A stretch of DNA of 63,420 nucleotides, counting the filler, from Octopus bimaculoides (taxonomy: Eukaryota): the NCBI RefSeq assembly GCF_001194135.2. It is 4 parts of 4 records of this genome, joined end to end, with 100 filler letters (N's around TTAATTAATTAA, not from the genome) between each part and the next. Parts side by side here need not be neighbours in the genome. Positions count along the whole stretch, not along the records: positions 17,660 to 46,433 come from NC_068983.1; 3 more parts are not named here. One strand, written 5' to 3'. The notes below the pieces were generated by a model. That model did no database searches, had not been told where the DNA came from, and worked only from the letters and a program-made list of their open reading frames with translations. The translations under genes and the position numbers were made by a program. Every line of letters begins with the position of its first letter. Positions within the stretch are counted from its first letter, which is position 1. Below are positions 25,207 through 39,679 of the stretch, one piece after another.

Positions 25207-28200
25207 CTAGAATACCGTAAAAAATGACAGCATAATTATAACCAGCAAGTATTGGATCGTAGATCTGTTTGATGATGAACACCGCCTTGCATTAAAACGC
25301 TAAAAAGATACCAGAAACACAGCTTCTCCCTCTTATTCTTTTTGCCACAACCTTGTTCTACAGACTTTGATTTACTAAATTATATCCTAAATTTCCCATC
25401 TTACATATTTACAAAAAACAATCCTCAGAAATATTCAGAATACTAGTCTATTTATTTCGTTTTACACTAATCCGTCGAAATGTATGTTTGTAGTTTTAAC
25501 TCGAGTTTACAAGATGAGTTTCTCCCTGAACCTGGGACCACTGTATCATAGTTAATCATGTTTGCAGGAAAAACTTCAATAAACTACATCAACTACCCAA
25601 ATACCCAATAGTTTTGTGTTGGTGATGTTGTTTTTGTTTAGCCATATGTCTTGTTATCAAACGATCCAATAATATAATTCTGCTTTGTTTTCGTGAAGCA
25701 GCCCAGTAATTAAATTCAACCGTGACAACCAACTCTTATGGAATCTATCACATAACACATGTCCTTTCCATATTTGAAACAGTGAGATTTGATTGGAAGA
25801 AAGATTTCACTACTACTTGTTAGCTTGTCTCTCTAATGTTTCTATTTGTTTTATCAGGCAACGTGCTTCAAATATTAGTACTTTTTTTTATTACGCAGTA
25901 CAATGTGCACTTCCATATTTGAGATACGAGATTAACATTTCAGGGAATTTGGATGTTATTATTAAAATGTCGGGTTCGCCATTGAACATCTGCCTGATTC
26001 ACGGGAGCCTGAGTCATACAAATATATTTTTCATATTTTTTCTCGGGATATACGAATCTGAACGAGTTACAGCCTGCACATTGACAGCCTTTTTTAAGTG
26101 CGACTGAATGTGAAGTAGCTATGTGATGCAGCTCGTATTGGTCGTGCTATTTTATTCTTGCTAACTTCATTAGATATTTAGTCAAAAAAATCGCCTCAGT
26201 ACTAATTTTTAAAGATGTGTTAGTCATTTTATCATCACTTTTACCGAAATGCTAGATTATGTGGAAATAAGGAAAACACTACCGTTGGGGGCAACAAATA
26301 GAAAGATATAACCACAGAGTCCTCAGTTCTTTAAGCAAATTCACTCAGAAGCCTTACAAGTGTATGTGTATGTGTATATGTATCATATACATATATATAT
26401 ATATGTATGCATATACATGCATATACACATATATTTATAATATATTGTATATAATATATATGTGGATAAGTAGGGAGGATATTCAAGGAATATATTTTTT
26501 GTTACATCATCATCCAGTTAATTGCTTTCACGTACACAAAACTTAAATATTTAAATACTTTCACATGATTATTATTTTGTTAAGCTTTGCTTAAATCAAT
26601 ATTTGGATTCGTTGCATAATTTGTTCCTGGTTTTATTTGTAAATAAATATATAAGTTCGATTTGAACATATGTTATTGACGTAATACTGTTTCTTTTCTC
26701 CTTGTTCTAAATTTCTTTCCATACATCGAATGAATGTCATTAAAGCAATTATCATTCAACACGATTTCTGTAGGAAGATTCAGAAACTCATCCAGTTATT
26801 TCAGTTTTTTTAGCTGGATAGTGTTCCTATTTTCTTAGTATATTCTTTATCTAGCCACGACAGTTATTATGGTAGAGTTATTAGGAGCAAAATAGTAGTC
26901 GAACCACGTCAGGTTGCTGACGTTAGAATCAATATATAATGATTAATGAATGACATGAAAACACATATGTCCCACAAATGAAGACAGAACATAGTAAATA
27001 CACCAAAAACAGCTTATATGATTATATAGCATGATTCAAAACTATATCCAGCGGTAAGAACCCTGATCCAAATGGTTACGAAAAGTGTCCTCATTTAAAG
27101 ATATCCAAAGGTATTTCTAAAGCGGCTACATGTAAAGTAACTGGCTTCCAGAATAGGATTTTTCCAAGGAACAAACATACAAACACATAAGTACATAGAT
27201 GTCACAGTTGTGTTGTAGGAAATCAAACAGACCTCATGACCGTTTCAAAAGACTCCGTGTTTGCTTGAAATAAGTGTGGATATTACCTTAAATCTTAGCC
27301 CTAGTTAACACTTCACGCATTTATTCATTAGCCTACTGAAGATGAACACGATAAATTTCTCGAACAGAATTCCATTCTGTATTCAATCATCAAATTTGAT
27401 TCCTAAGGTTTGGGGCTATACGAGACTGATGAGAACAATTACAGAAATTATGTTTCAATGGAACTGAACCGTAAACAACTTTGTTTCGAAAGCAGGATTT
27501 TAAATACACAGCAAATCAAGCTTCTAGACTCTCTTTCAAATTATAGGTCATTACCTCTAGTATATCTTTCCATCGTCATTAAATATACGCCAGTAAGAAC
27601 AAGGATAAGCTTTGTTCCTATATGTCTAGGATAATCTTGTTTTCAAGTTAGCTGAAAATGCATTTACTGCCATGATATATTATATATCATAGTGTCATAG
27701 TCATAATGGTAGAAAAATATCAAAACGTTTCAGGTATTTAGCTTCATATCTAATTTGACAATACTGTTTCCGTCTGGAGTGCCATTGCTGAGAATTGTTG
27801 GTCGCTTAACGTACTGGGAATATTAGCGAAATATCCAACCAGTTATTCTTCATGTCATAAAGATTTTGGATGGAACAATTTAACTTGCACCATTCTAGAA
27901 TTTTGAAAACATATCTTGGTGGTAACGGCTGTAACGTTTTTGATCATGTGTGTGTTAACCCAGGCTAAACAACTGTGCAATATTAAACCTCAACACGATG
28001 GAAAAATACACGGATAACGAATAAATTCCTAAGAATGGATTAAATCTCACAAACATATCATGGTGCAATATATGGGAATTGTTAGATATAAGAGATAAGA
28101 TCAATATATTGGATCAATTATCGTATATATTCGATAATGAATAAATGCGTGAAGTGTTAAGTGTCGAGGAATGTTGTTTGTTACATTCGACCTGAATGTG

Positions 28201-29692
28201 GATTAATATTTATGTCTGCGCCGGGTTGAATTACAAATATTGGTAATCGCGAAATATCTTTGAACTAGACTCAGCAAAGCTGTTATTTCCTTTGAAATAT
28301 TCCGCAAATTTTATAGATAGGTTATCGTAGATATTTTTACTGTTTTCCCCATATATTTCAGAATTTGATTAACTGTCGTGCGAACAGCTGGTCCATAATC
28401 CAATCAACAAATTACTGTTTTCTTTAAGATAACGGTAGCAACGGTTTTAATGATGTCACACGTGTTTTTGTCATATGAGGAAAGATACGTTTCCAAAACT
28501 AAGCAATATATATTTGCTTTAGTAAGAAACACGTCTAATTTTATGCTTTAGATGTGTAAAATCTGTAATGGAGAATCCAAATAAAGGTGAATATGTTTCC
28601 ATTAAATAATTTGCAAAACTTTGAAGCGTTCAAGTAAAGATTATTAATTAAATATGCATAAATGAAAAATACATACATACAGTACGTAAATGCATACATA
28701 CATACATACATACATACATACATACATACATACAAACATACATACATACATATACTTCCATACTTGTGTGTGTGTACTTGCTTGTGGTTCTATGTGTCAT
28801 CATATTTGTCTTAATGTTGACACATCTCGAAATGGTGTATATTTATAACCCGTAATTCTTTGTTTCTTTGTGTCTCGAATATCTATTAAAATGCTCGGAC
28901 TTAGATTATCTCTTCTAAAATATTTGAGTGATCTCTAATAAAGAATTCGGAATACTATATAGAATCGCTTTACATGTCTAGCTTAGAATTTATGAAGATA
29001 AATGTTTCTACGATTACTGCTTTCATTTGAAAATTGGGGCAAAAACCTTTTCATGCCTGATTTAGAAATGGCAACTGATACTTACAAGCGAGATTCTGCA
29101 AGAGTGTGGATGATTTTGAATCACTCTTCATGTTGTTAGTATCCTAGTATAACAAGAGTCCAACGACTAAAACAATAGGTAAAATACAGATATACGTAAT
29201 GATAAATCCGTAAGTATATACGTGTGTATGCGCACGCAGGCGCGTGTGTGTATGCGCACGCAGGCGCGTGTGTGTATGTGTACAGAGATATAGAAAGAGA
29301 CAAATATTTTACATAAAGTATATATAAAATACATAAATATACAGTAATATGAGTGTTCATACAATTTTATCTGTTTCGAATTTGAACATCTTCTAATGAT
29401 ATAAATTGAAAAATTTCGTGCAAGAAATAATTTTACTGTCTGCACAATTTACCATTTTGTTTTCTGCTAATGTTTCGTTTTCAAGATTAACATTCATACA
29501 GGATATTTTATGTTGTCAGAAAGAAAACTTAGTGTCTTCTTAGTTAAACTTTGGAGACTAATTACCTTGTAATGTATATGTACTTACATCTTTGTTTTTT
29601 AATTGATTTTAAAGTCTTACGTACATGCACACACAAGTAGACACACGCACACACACTCAGGCGTGTGGATAAGATTTTACAAAAAATATATA

Positions 29693-29851
29693 GGCGCAGG
29701 AGTGGCTATGTGGTAAGAGTTTGCTTCCCAACCACATGGTTCCGGCTTCAGCCCGGGGTAGTGACTTTTAATATAGTAGCCTCGGGCCGACTAAAGCCTT
29801 GTCAGTGGATTTTGGTATACGGAAACTGAAAGAACATTGTCATGTATACAA

Positions 29852-29895
<44 letters not shown>

Positions 29896-29918
29896 NNNNN
29901 NNNNNNNNNNNNNNNNNN

Positions 29919-29968
<50 letters not shown>

Positions 29969-30180
29969 TTATTTGTGTCTGTGTTTCCCCCAACATCGCT
30001 TGAAAACCGATGTTGATGTGTTTACGTCCCCATAACTTATCGGTTTCGCAAAAGGGAACTATAGAATAAGTACTAGGCTTACAAAGAATAAGTTCTGGGG
30101 TCGATTTCTTCGACTAAATGCGGTGCTCTAGCATGGCCGCAGTCAAATGTATGAAAGAAATAAACGAATAAAAGAGTTAA
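29693..30180 (+). mobile_element. SINE family B composite, near complete
   Basis: GGCGCAGGAGTGGCTATGTGGTAAG tRNA-like head, body, (TA)n/(TG)n, 3' module ...GCATGGCCGCAGTCAAATG... and an AATAAAAGAG tail. Confidence 0.8.
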
Positions 30181-31614
30181 GTTCTCAATGCCCATAACTA
30201 TAAGTGTAACTATAGGTATATTTTATGTACAATTTATTTCTGATACATTTAAGAAATATACAAATATACAAGAAAAATACAAAACAAAAGCACCCCTACA
30301 GTAATGTTTAGGATACATTCGAACTTGAGTTTTATCCTCAGTACATGTAATGCTCATTGATAGTCATGTTTGTAAGTTTTCTTGTATCATTATTTTTTGA
30401 TAATTTCTTTTCATATCTTTTAAAACATTTTGGTTTCCCCTTATATTGGATTTACCTCCCCTACAATTTTTTTTTTTGCTCCATAGACCAGTTCAAGTTC
30501 CCTCTGTTACCTATGGACTTTCCTAGCCCTAGGATGGTAGATTATATGCTGCTAATATTTGGGGCTTCCAGACTTATTTTCTGTTTTCTTTCCGATTCCT
30601 TCTTCCTTTTGTTTATTTTAGATGCTTTTGTTTTACACTGTGCCCCGATTCAAATGTCCTATGAAGATGAGGAATTTTATTTTCGCAATTATTTGTAATT
30701 ATTGATCGTTACCAGATGCGGAGACGGCCGTAAAAGTTATGTCACATAAATGCTATGCCATGTTTTGTATTAAATAATAAGCTATAAATGTGGTCCAATT
30801 CATGTGTTTGTTGATCTGAGGTTTTCTCTATTTTCTGATTATTTATATTTGTTTTCTGATAAACTTTTGTTTATTCTGTTGTTATCTGTTCTCTACGAGC
30901 TTAGTGTGCCAGCATACCAATGCCAAGATATAACATGGGTAACGGATACCGATAGTATATATGGATATGTTATCCCTTAGTCGGTTATTATAACCGCTAA
31001 CTCTGCTTACATTTAACACACACACACACATATATATAAATATACACGCACATCTGCACATATAATATATATGTGTGTGTGTGTGTGGGGNNNNNNNNNN
31101 TGTGTGTGTGGGTGTGTGTGTGCGTGTGTGTGTGTTTGAGTGTGTATAAATATGTATTTATATATATACAAGTCTTACGTGGTTTATATATTTCCTCAAA
31201 ATTGACATGTCTGCATGCGTGTTAATGTCTCAGTTTCGTATATTCTCTTGCATGTAAAGAGTTAACTATATACCAACGAGAAGAATTCTACACTTGGCTG
31301 ACACCATATACTTTATGTTATCGAATTTAAGAAATCAATTTTCGGCTTCTAGCAAATATGAAATCTTCCGGTAATATAACTTCAATTGTGAATACCTCAC
31401 TTTGGAATCTCTGTGAATTGAATGTTCATTCTGCTGTGAAATTTCAGAAAGATCTGACATTTTCCTCTTGTTTTTATCCTATTGTAACAATCTTTTATTG
31501 TACACACAGGCATACACACATACTTGCACCAACGTACACCCGCACAATCACACACACAAATAGCACACACAAACACACACTGAAGCACGTAATGTGCCGG
31601 TTTGTGTGTTGTTT

Positions 31615-31828
31615 GAGAGAGGTAGGGGAGAGAGAGGTAGGGGAGAGAGAGGTAGGGGAGAGAGAGGTAGGGGAGAGAGAGANNNNNNNNNNAGGTAGGG
31701 GAGAGAGAGGTAGGGGAGAGAGAGGTAGGCGAGAGAGAGGTAGGCGAGAGAGAGGTAGGCGAGAGAGAGGTAGGGGAGAGAGAGGTAGGGGAGAGAGAGG
31801 TAGGGGAGAGAGAGGTAGGGGAGAGAGA
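31615..31828 (+). repeat. 15-bp purine-rich minisatellite (GAGAGAGGTAGGGGA)n, about 13 copies
   Basis: Direct inspection. A variant GGTAGGCGA unit is present, and there is a 10-N gap inside. Confidence 0.9.
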
Positions 31829-32185
31829 GACATGGAGTTAGACAGGCAGACAGAAAACATAGAGTTAGAGAGTTAAAGACGTCGTGACAGGTAGACAGAT
31901 ACAAAGGAACAGAACTGCTGTAAACAGGGCGGTGTCTTTTTTTCATGTCTGCATTTAATTAATATAATACAATCAAATGTAAAATGCTTGTTAACATTAT
32001 TATTATCACTATTATTAGAGAATCTTTGGATTACTAATTTTTATCCGAGTATAAGAAAAAATTGGAAAATTTTTGCATACACAAGCCATTGAAAAGTTTG
32101 TGCCCATCCATTATAAAGAGGTAGACGAACTATGATTCTCTTGTTTTAATATTCAATGTTTTAATATTTATACGCATAAGCTGAA

Positions 32186-32390
32186 CGGTGAGCTGGCAGA
32201 ATCGGTAGCACGCCAGAAAAAATGTTTTGCGGCATTTCGTCTGTCTCCACGTTCTGACTTCAAATTTCTCCGCGGTCGACTTTGCCTTTAATCCTTCGGG
32301 GACGATAAAATGAGTACCAGTTGATTACTGGTTTGATGCAATTGACTAACTCCGCCCCGAAATCGCTGGCCTTGTACCAACATTTGAAAC
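32186..32390 (+). mobile_element. SINE family A copy
   Basis: Similar to 2683-2915. Confidence 0.75.
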
Positions 32391-33601
32391 GAATATTTGT
32401 TTTTGTTCACAGCTCAACATCGGTTCAACTAATGGAATAGCGGAAAGAGGTGATAACCAGAGAAACTTGTGAATGAAATATCAATGCAGATAATAAAAAG
32501 GGTGGGAAAACTTTTAAAAATTCAAGAAGCATAATATCTAACTAGCAAATACACATGCGAAAAAATATTTTTGATAAATAATGGCATTTTGTATAGTCTC
32601 CCTAACTTTATACAGTAACGTATTGATGTGCGTTGATTTGCTCTGTTCAGAGTTCTACGATCTGAGAAACGAAGAGTAAAAAATGTATCCAATTCAATCT
32701 ATCATCCTTCATTATCCCCATTATTCCTATTTTCTAGCATTTCCCTGCAGATTTCGATTGTCATTTTGTTTGTTGTTTTTTTTTTGGTTTTTGTTTTTTT
32801 TTAATTCTTGGCAAATTCTTAGAAACGATAATGTAGCATGTAATCGTCTGAATAGTTTAATGACCTCTCGCTTGATACTATGACACCAAGTCAGTCATAT
32901 CGAGGGCCAAAGTTTCATCTTGGGCCTAACACAAAAATAGCTAACACGAAAACCAGCTGCTTCCTAAATCGCATTTCTTTCTGGAATGTAGATAATGAAT
33001 TGTTGCAATACTATACTGTTCTTTAGAAAAGATATAAAGCAGCGAGGATAATAATTTTGATAGTAAATAAGCAATGTTGCATTACAGTAAACTTTATGCG
33101 AATGTGCCAAGCACTGTAAACTTTGCATCACCAAAAATTATCATATAAAAAATTTTTAAATTGGAAATTAATTCCATCTCTTATTCAAGTAATGGATCTA
33201 CCATTTTCTATAAGTGACGTCAAAAATAATTTCATTTAGCAAATGATCAAATTAATTCAAGATCATTTACGTACTGATCTTTAGATGCAATACTAACAGA
33301 AAGTTTCAAAGCACACCTGATATCTATAATATTATATTCTGTATTTACGACGCTGAATCAGAAAATAGCATTCCTTTGAATTAATATTTTATCTCATAAT
33401 ATGAGGTACAATATGTTATATTATGACGTCCGATATATTTATCTTCCTTGACATAACACCGAGTTATAATGTGCAACGTTCCAAACTAAATATATAAAAT
33501 ACTTTCATTTTATAACATTTATATACTTTGGCATAGAATGGAAAATAGTGACACACGATTCCGATTAAACTATTACATTACAGAAAATATTCGCAGCAAA
33601 A

Positions 33602-33700
33602 TATGTATTGATGCACTCTATGTATTGATGCACTCTATGTATTGATGCATTCTATGTATTGATGCACTCTATGTATTGATGCACTCTATGTATTGATGCA
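33602..33700 (+). repeat. 17-bp tandem repeat TATGTATTGATGCACTC, about 5.8 copies
   Basis: Units start at 33602, 33619, 33636, 33653, 33670 and 33687, with a single C>T variant in the third. Confidence 0.95.
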
Positions 33701-36299
33701 GTTATAGTTTGAAATATTATTCAGTCCATTTACACCAATAATCACACTATATTCTCTTCCGCATTTAAAATTTTCCCGCGGAAATACACATAAAGACACA
33801 TAAACGCATACACACATACGCGAACATGAAGATACACGCACACCTATAATATAATCTGTGAATGTTATTGTTTTGAGCCTGCAAAAATAGAAAACAAGTT
33901 CATTGTATGTAGAAGAAAAAGAGTTCATTACGCAAAATTTGCGTAATTTACTAGAGCTACTTAAGGAACATACGTAGTTTAGATTTTACTTGTTCCACTT
34001 CCTTAATTTGGATTTTATATGCATTTTTAGCAGCTTTAGTTGCTAAGAGTGAGCTATATAACAACTCACGATGCTAATAAATTGTTATTGCATCTTATCA
34101 TGTGTTGCCCCCTTTTGCTATCTATTACTGGCCGCCTAATTCTCGAAGTTTACAAACTCGGATCCCTCGATCGTACTTGTATATGCATTGTTGTAATAGT
34201 ATCACACTTAGGCGTGTTAACAAATGATGTGTGTTCAAGTCCCACGCGGATGAGAAAGCCTGCCTTATTTCTGTCGTGGGTTAATTCATATGCCCCATGT
34301 TTAGACTATTTTCCTTGGTAATTGCACGTTGATCGCTATAGGATTTAAGCTTGTATATATATATATATATATNNNNNNNNNNNNNNNNNNNNNNNNNNNN
34401 NNNNNNNNNNNNNNNNNNNNNNNNNNNNNNNNNNNNNNNNNNNNNNNNATATATATGGATTCGAATACCATGGTTCTTGTTTCAACAAAGCCAATAAATA
34501 CAAATATCTAAATCACCCGAAAATTGACATGGTTTCGTTCAGTAATCCAGATTTTTTCTATGAATAAATATATGTATGCATATGTATATATGTTTGCGCG
34601 CGCGCGCGTGTGTGTGTGTGCGTGTGTGTGTGTTTGTTTGTAAGTATGTGTACATACATATATATATATATGTTCATACATTCGCACATCACATTTGAAT
34701 ATAACAGCTGCGGCATTTTTGCATATGCTACGCTATTGACAACCTGGGAATGATTCATTGAAATCGAGAATCTAAAACAGGAAAGGGTTGATAGTGGACG
34801 CAATGGGATAGAATCAGGCGGGACTAATATTTTTCGCATAAAATGTCGTAAATTAGACTGCAGTCGAAACACCTTATGGTTCTCGAAGTAAGATGTTAAA
34901 AATATCTTTCGTCTATTTATCACGTAAAATTTATATGTGAAGTAAATGACAATATTAGCAATAGAGTGAAAGACAGAATGAGTGAGGACGATGTGAGACA
35001 GAGCTAGTGGAGAGGAAGGAGAAGAAGATAAATAGAGTGAATGTCTATAAAGTGTTTGAAGTAAATGTAAATTACTGAACAGAGTATCATGTTATTAATA
35101 TTTCATAAAAATTCTTCCCTGTTTCTATTGATTTCTATTAGCCACAATATCAACAGTTGACGATTAGAGATCAATTTATTAATTGTTTCAGCTTTTTATT
35201 GCTCCATATACTTTATCATCCTTGAAATTATAAAAGCTATAGTTGGCCACAAAGAAATATAGTCTGATAATTTAAATATTAGTATATGCGGCTGGCTATT
35301 TTAATCTCTCATTCATGCTACTCACTGTCCCTGCAGAATTACTTAAGGACCTGCATATACAATCACACTTCGACTCATTTAACGCTCTTTATAAACGCCT
35401 TCCCACCAAAAACTTCATTTAGAAATTTACATATCTTTGAAGTATACAATTCTATATAAATTCAATGAGAGCGAAATACACACACGCAGTAGTGAGCCAG
35501 ATAAGCTGGCTCAGTAGTAAACATCATTAGACATATATATATATATATATGAATGCATGAAACTATGATTTTTCTTTACTCTGTATATAATTTTGATGAT
35601 GGCATCGTGAACAAATCAAATATGGAAGGCGGAAACAGAATTATTTGAATGAAGTTTATATTAGTTTCAGCTTTGTTTTGAAAATGAAACTTATATGAAA
35701 TAACATTAGTCACAGTAATACTTGCGTTTCTGAGATTTGTTAATATCTCTGTGCATCTGTGATTATATCAAAAACGAAAGAACAGTGTATCGGTAGATTT
35801 TGTCATTTATTTTCATATGTGGATCTGCACAGGTAATATTATAACAACTGGTTTCTTCGCAATTATCTGAAACTTCTTAATACTAGAATATTGAAACGAA
35901 AGAGGAAAACCGCAATAGTAACTGAAACATTTCTATAATCCCTACGCGCTCGAAATTCATGGTTTTTACAAAGTTAGTTTATATGGAATTGAAAGTGTTG
36001 TTGTTGACGATAGTGGTGTAATGTATCCCTGTTCAACTCTTAACAAATGCCATAAATAGTTCTTCGTTTTCTTTATGCACGCTTATAAAGTATGTTTAAT
36101 GCTATAAGACGAAAATGCGGTTTGTTGAGCAGTTATGTTATTATTGCTAGGACGTATTGCACTCTCATATCAAAACAAGAGGTCAATCGTTTAGCATGCA
36201 AGGTAGATGAATCACTGAGTAGGAGAGACTCAAGACCTTCAAAAGTTTGTTGTTGATGCTGTTGCTGTTATGTGTTACTTAGTGCCTGGTTATATTTTT

Positions 36300-36693
36300 G
36301 GTACTTGCTTCAGTTACTACATTGCGACCATGCTGGTGCACAACCTGCAAGAACGTTTAGCCAAATGAGTCGACCCCAGACCTTATTGTTTATTCTATCA
36401 TTGTCTTTAGACGAACCGCTAATATACGGGGATGTAAACACACTAACACCGGTTGTCAAGTGGTGATGTAAGACAAAACACAAACTCGAAGAAACGTATA
36501 TACACACACACATGTATATACATACATACATAATCTTATTAAACATATTGTAAGAAGCTTACTTTTCAACTACATGGTTCCGTGTTCAGACGCACTGTGT
36601 GGCATATTAGGCAAGTATCTCCTATCATCGCCTCAGGCTGACCAAAGCCTTGTGAATGGATTTAGTAGACGGAAACTGAAAGAAGCCCGTCTC

Positions 36694-36749
<56 letters not shown>

Positions 36750-36937
36750 GTATGTATATATTCTATCATCATACTTCAAGAATCAATACTATAATATCTT
36801 CTACCATAGGCTCGGCCTGACTAAAGACTTGTGAATGGATTTTGTCAGCCTTATGCTATGGTAGAAGATACTTGCCTCATATGCCACACAGTTGGACTGA
36901 ACACGGAACCATGTGGCTGAGAAGCAAGATTCTTACA
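36300..36937. mobile_element. Cluster of SINE family B fragments in both orientations
   Basis: 3' module on the minus strand at 36300-36480, head on the plus strand at 36548-36690, head on the minus strand at 36845-36937. Confidence 0.7.
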
Positions 36938-37484
36938 ATATGTTTAATAAGATTAGAGAAATTTTAGTATTGATTCTTGAAGTATGATGATAGAATACAA
37001 AGCGTTTCATTCGTCGGCTCGCAGTTGCGATGATATTTTAGCGTTTGTCTATGCAAATCAATTCTGCTTGAAGAAATGATTTATCTTGAAAACGACAGCG
37101 AAGTCAATATAGTGTGTTTGTCTATGTATTGAAAATAGAGGCCTATGACAAAAGTTAATATAAGCCAATGTTCTCTAATTATAGCGAGAGTATTTAACAT
37201 ATTTAATGTTGGATGGTTTATGTACTGAGGAGATCAATATTACCAATGATTTGTGTTGCATTTCTTGCAAAGTTGCTTCTCCTGAGAACTTGTGCTGACA
37301 CTGAATCAATTAGATCATCGATAAGCAATGGCAAACATTTAAAACACCTACACACAAGTGCATATATAAGGACATATGTATATTTGTATTATGTCCTATT
37401 ATATTCGCTATTGGTTTATTAGTTAATGACATTGTATACTATAAGGAACAACTATACATACTATAATATCGATTTTAAATTTTG

Positions 37485-37660
37485 ACGTAAGGACAGCAAG
37501 TTCGAGAAAGAGGGTGTCGATTACAAAAACAAACCCCAATACTCAATTGGTACTCATCTGATCGGCCTCAAAATGATGAAAGGTTAAGTCAACCTCGGTA
37601 GAATTTGAAATCAGAACGTAAAAAAGGACTGCTAAGAATTTTGTTTCGCGTCCGAAATAT
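37485..37660 (-). mobile_element. SINE family A copy (old)
   Basis: Reverse-complement similarity, e.g. GATGAAAGGTTAAGTCAACCTCGGTAGAATTTGAAATCAGAACGT. Confidence 0.65.
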
Positions 37661-38461
37661 TGTGTTAGTATGCTGTCTATATATATATTATATAAAAATC
37701 TGAAGTAGCTGAAAGCAGAAGGATTGTGTCAGCGAAGTAAAAGGTGGCAGATGTTTTTCATCTTTTATATTTTATTTTACTTTGTTTCAGTCATTGGATT
37801 GTGGAAAAAATCATCACACATTCTGATTTTACATTTTCCTTTTCTTAATGTACACAGTTAGTGCTGCCCATGTAGACTATTCCACTTTTTGGATAACTCA
37901 CTCCAATTTTATGTAGTCTTTCTCACTCTAAGTTTATCTATTCTGACGCTTATTGGTGCTGGATGAAGAACCATTTACATTTTTACAGAAAATATTTATA
38001 GGGAGGCCCCATAAATTAAATAATTCCATCCAGTCAGTACCGAACAAGTTTGTTGTATTATAAAACACAACCATTTTTTTCGCGAAATGTAATGTTCCTT
38101 ATAAATTCATCCTAAAAGTATAAGTTTTTCCTGAAACACCACGGGCAACTTTCGCAGTTTCATTTAATCTAGGTCTGCCGATTTTTCCCATGTTTCTGTG
38201 TTAATTATTGAGATGTCACTAGCTGTATCCAATTGTAACTTTACGTTTGTATTACTAATTTGTACTAACGCAAAGTTGTACATACACAAATTTGATGCTC
38301 GTTCGTAATTTTTGTCACAGGCAATCCGTTTATGTGATTTTTTTCTGCTGAACTGAAAACGTGACTATTTATGGCGTATTTTATTACACTTGTATCATTT
38401 TTTAAAACGGACAGTTGGTTTTAAAATGTAGAATACCGCACCCATAACATGGATAAGGTCT

Positions 38462-39170
38462 TCATATTTCTTTGTCTGTTTTCTTATTCATTACCAGTCG
38501 ATATGCTTGAATCGGAGAGCAATCTTTTTCTTCAGCTTTATGTCGTAGATTAATGATCCTCTGACATTCTGCTGCTGCTGCTAGTAGAGTTAAATTTTGG
38601 TCCTTATCTAATTTTGTTAATATCGGGGAACGTATTTCCGCATTTTTTGTTTGCAGTAAGTTCTTGAACAAAAATTAAAGACTTGAACATGTCCGGAGTC
38701 AACTCGTTCAGTTTGAATTTCTCACACTGTCTGTTAAACACCCCAGCATAGGAGGGTGACGAAACCTTTATTATATTTTTAGACCAAATTTAAACATTGC
38801 CAGCGAGTATTGAACAGGAAACTTCTTTCACTGAAAATATTCGATAAAATATTGTTTCATCAGGCTTCTTTGGCCGAATACTATTACTATATTTTTCGTG
38901 TTCCGCAGGGGATAGTTTTCTTAAAATTAGTCGTACTTTTTTTTCTCGTCGGACCAACTTTTACACTCTTCTGTGAAGATTTCTTCATATCTACGAAAAT
39001 ATGCATGGAATGTAATACCTTCTTTTTGGTTGTATTTGAATTTTCCAATTGAGTTTGCTACATTGTCTGGGGAGTAAGAACCTGGAGTATTTTCAGACTC
39101 CTTCAATTTTAGTTCCAACAACTGTTGGTTTTGCTGTTGCTGTAGTTGTTCTTGCAACTGCACCACGCAG
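38462..39170 (-). pseudogene. Degenerate Ty3/Gypsy gag (K02A2.6-like group)
   Basis: Frameshifted translation FKYNQKEGITFHAYFRRYEEIFTEECKSWSDEKK/VRLILRKLSPAEHEKYSNSI...FNTRWQCLNL...YAGVFNRQCEKFKLNELTPDMFKSLIFVQ/NAEIRSPILTKLD...AECQRIINLRH. Confidence 0.82.
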
Positions 39171-39250
39171 GCCAATAAGTTCTTCACGTTAAGCGAATTT
39201 ATCTTTCGTTTAGTACCAAAAAAAAAATTTAAACGTCCAACGTCGAACAA

Positions 39251-39489
39251 CTCGTCGCCACTTTTATATCCTTTTATTGCATATATAATATAACGAAGCA
39301 GGGGACAGGGGAAGAAAGTATATACACGATGCACTGCTAATGCTATTACATGAGACTCAACGCCCTATATCGAAGTCTCATAGTCAACTGCTACCAATAC
39401 GAACCCCAATCCTACACAGTTCTTTTGTGTTATAACAATGCGTCAGTTCACCTTTTAGTCACAAGGTGAGTCGTCGGAATCCTTCCACA
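39251..39489 (-). mobile_element. Gypsy 5' LTR (about 39262-39489) and primer-binding site (39251-39260)
   Basis: On the minus strand it begins TGTGGAAGG, has AATAAA near its 3' end, and is followed directly by TGGCGACGAG upstream of gag. Confidence 0.7.
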
Positions 39490-39679
39490 GCAATATATAT
39501 AAACATTGGAGAGAATTTCTTTACTAGTATTAGTTTCATGTTAAGAAAAATATCTTAACAATTTTCAAACCGATCACATTCTGGGTCACTACCTTCAAGA
39601 ATTTTAGACGAATGAATGGACACCATTATATTTTTTAAAGCCTACTATTTATTCTATTGTCTTTTTTGCCGAAGCGTCA

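Noticed and set aside
33602-33700. CRISPR array (also considered for 59433-59730)
   Set aside because: The units are directly adjacent with no unique spacers, the context is eukaryotic, and there are no cas genes.
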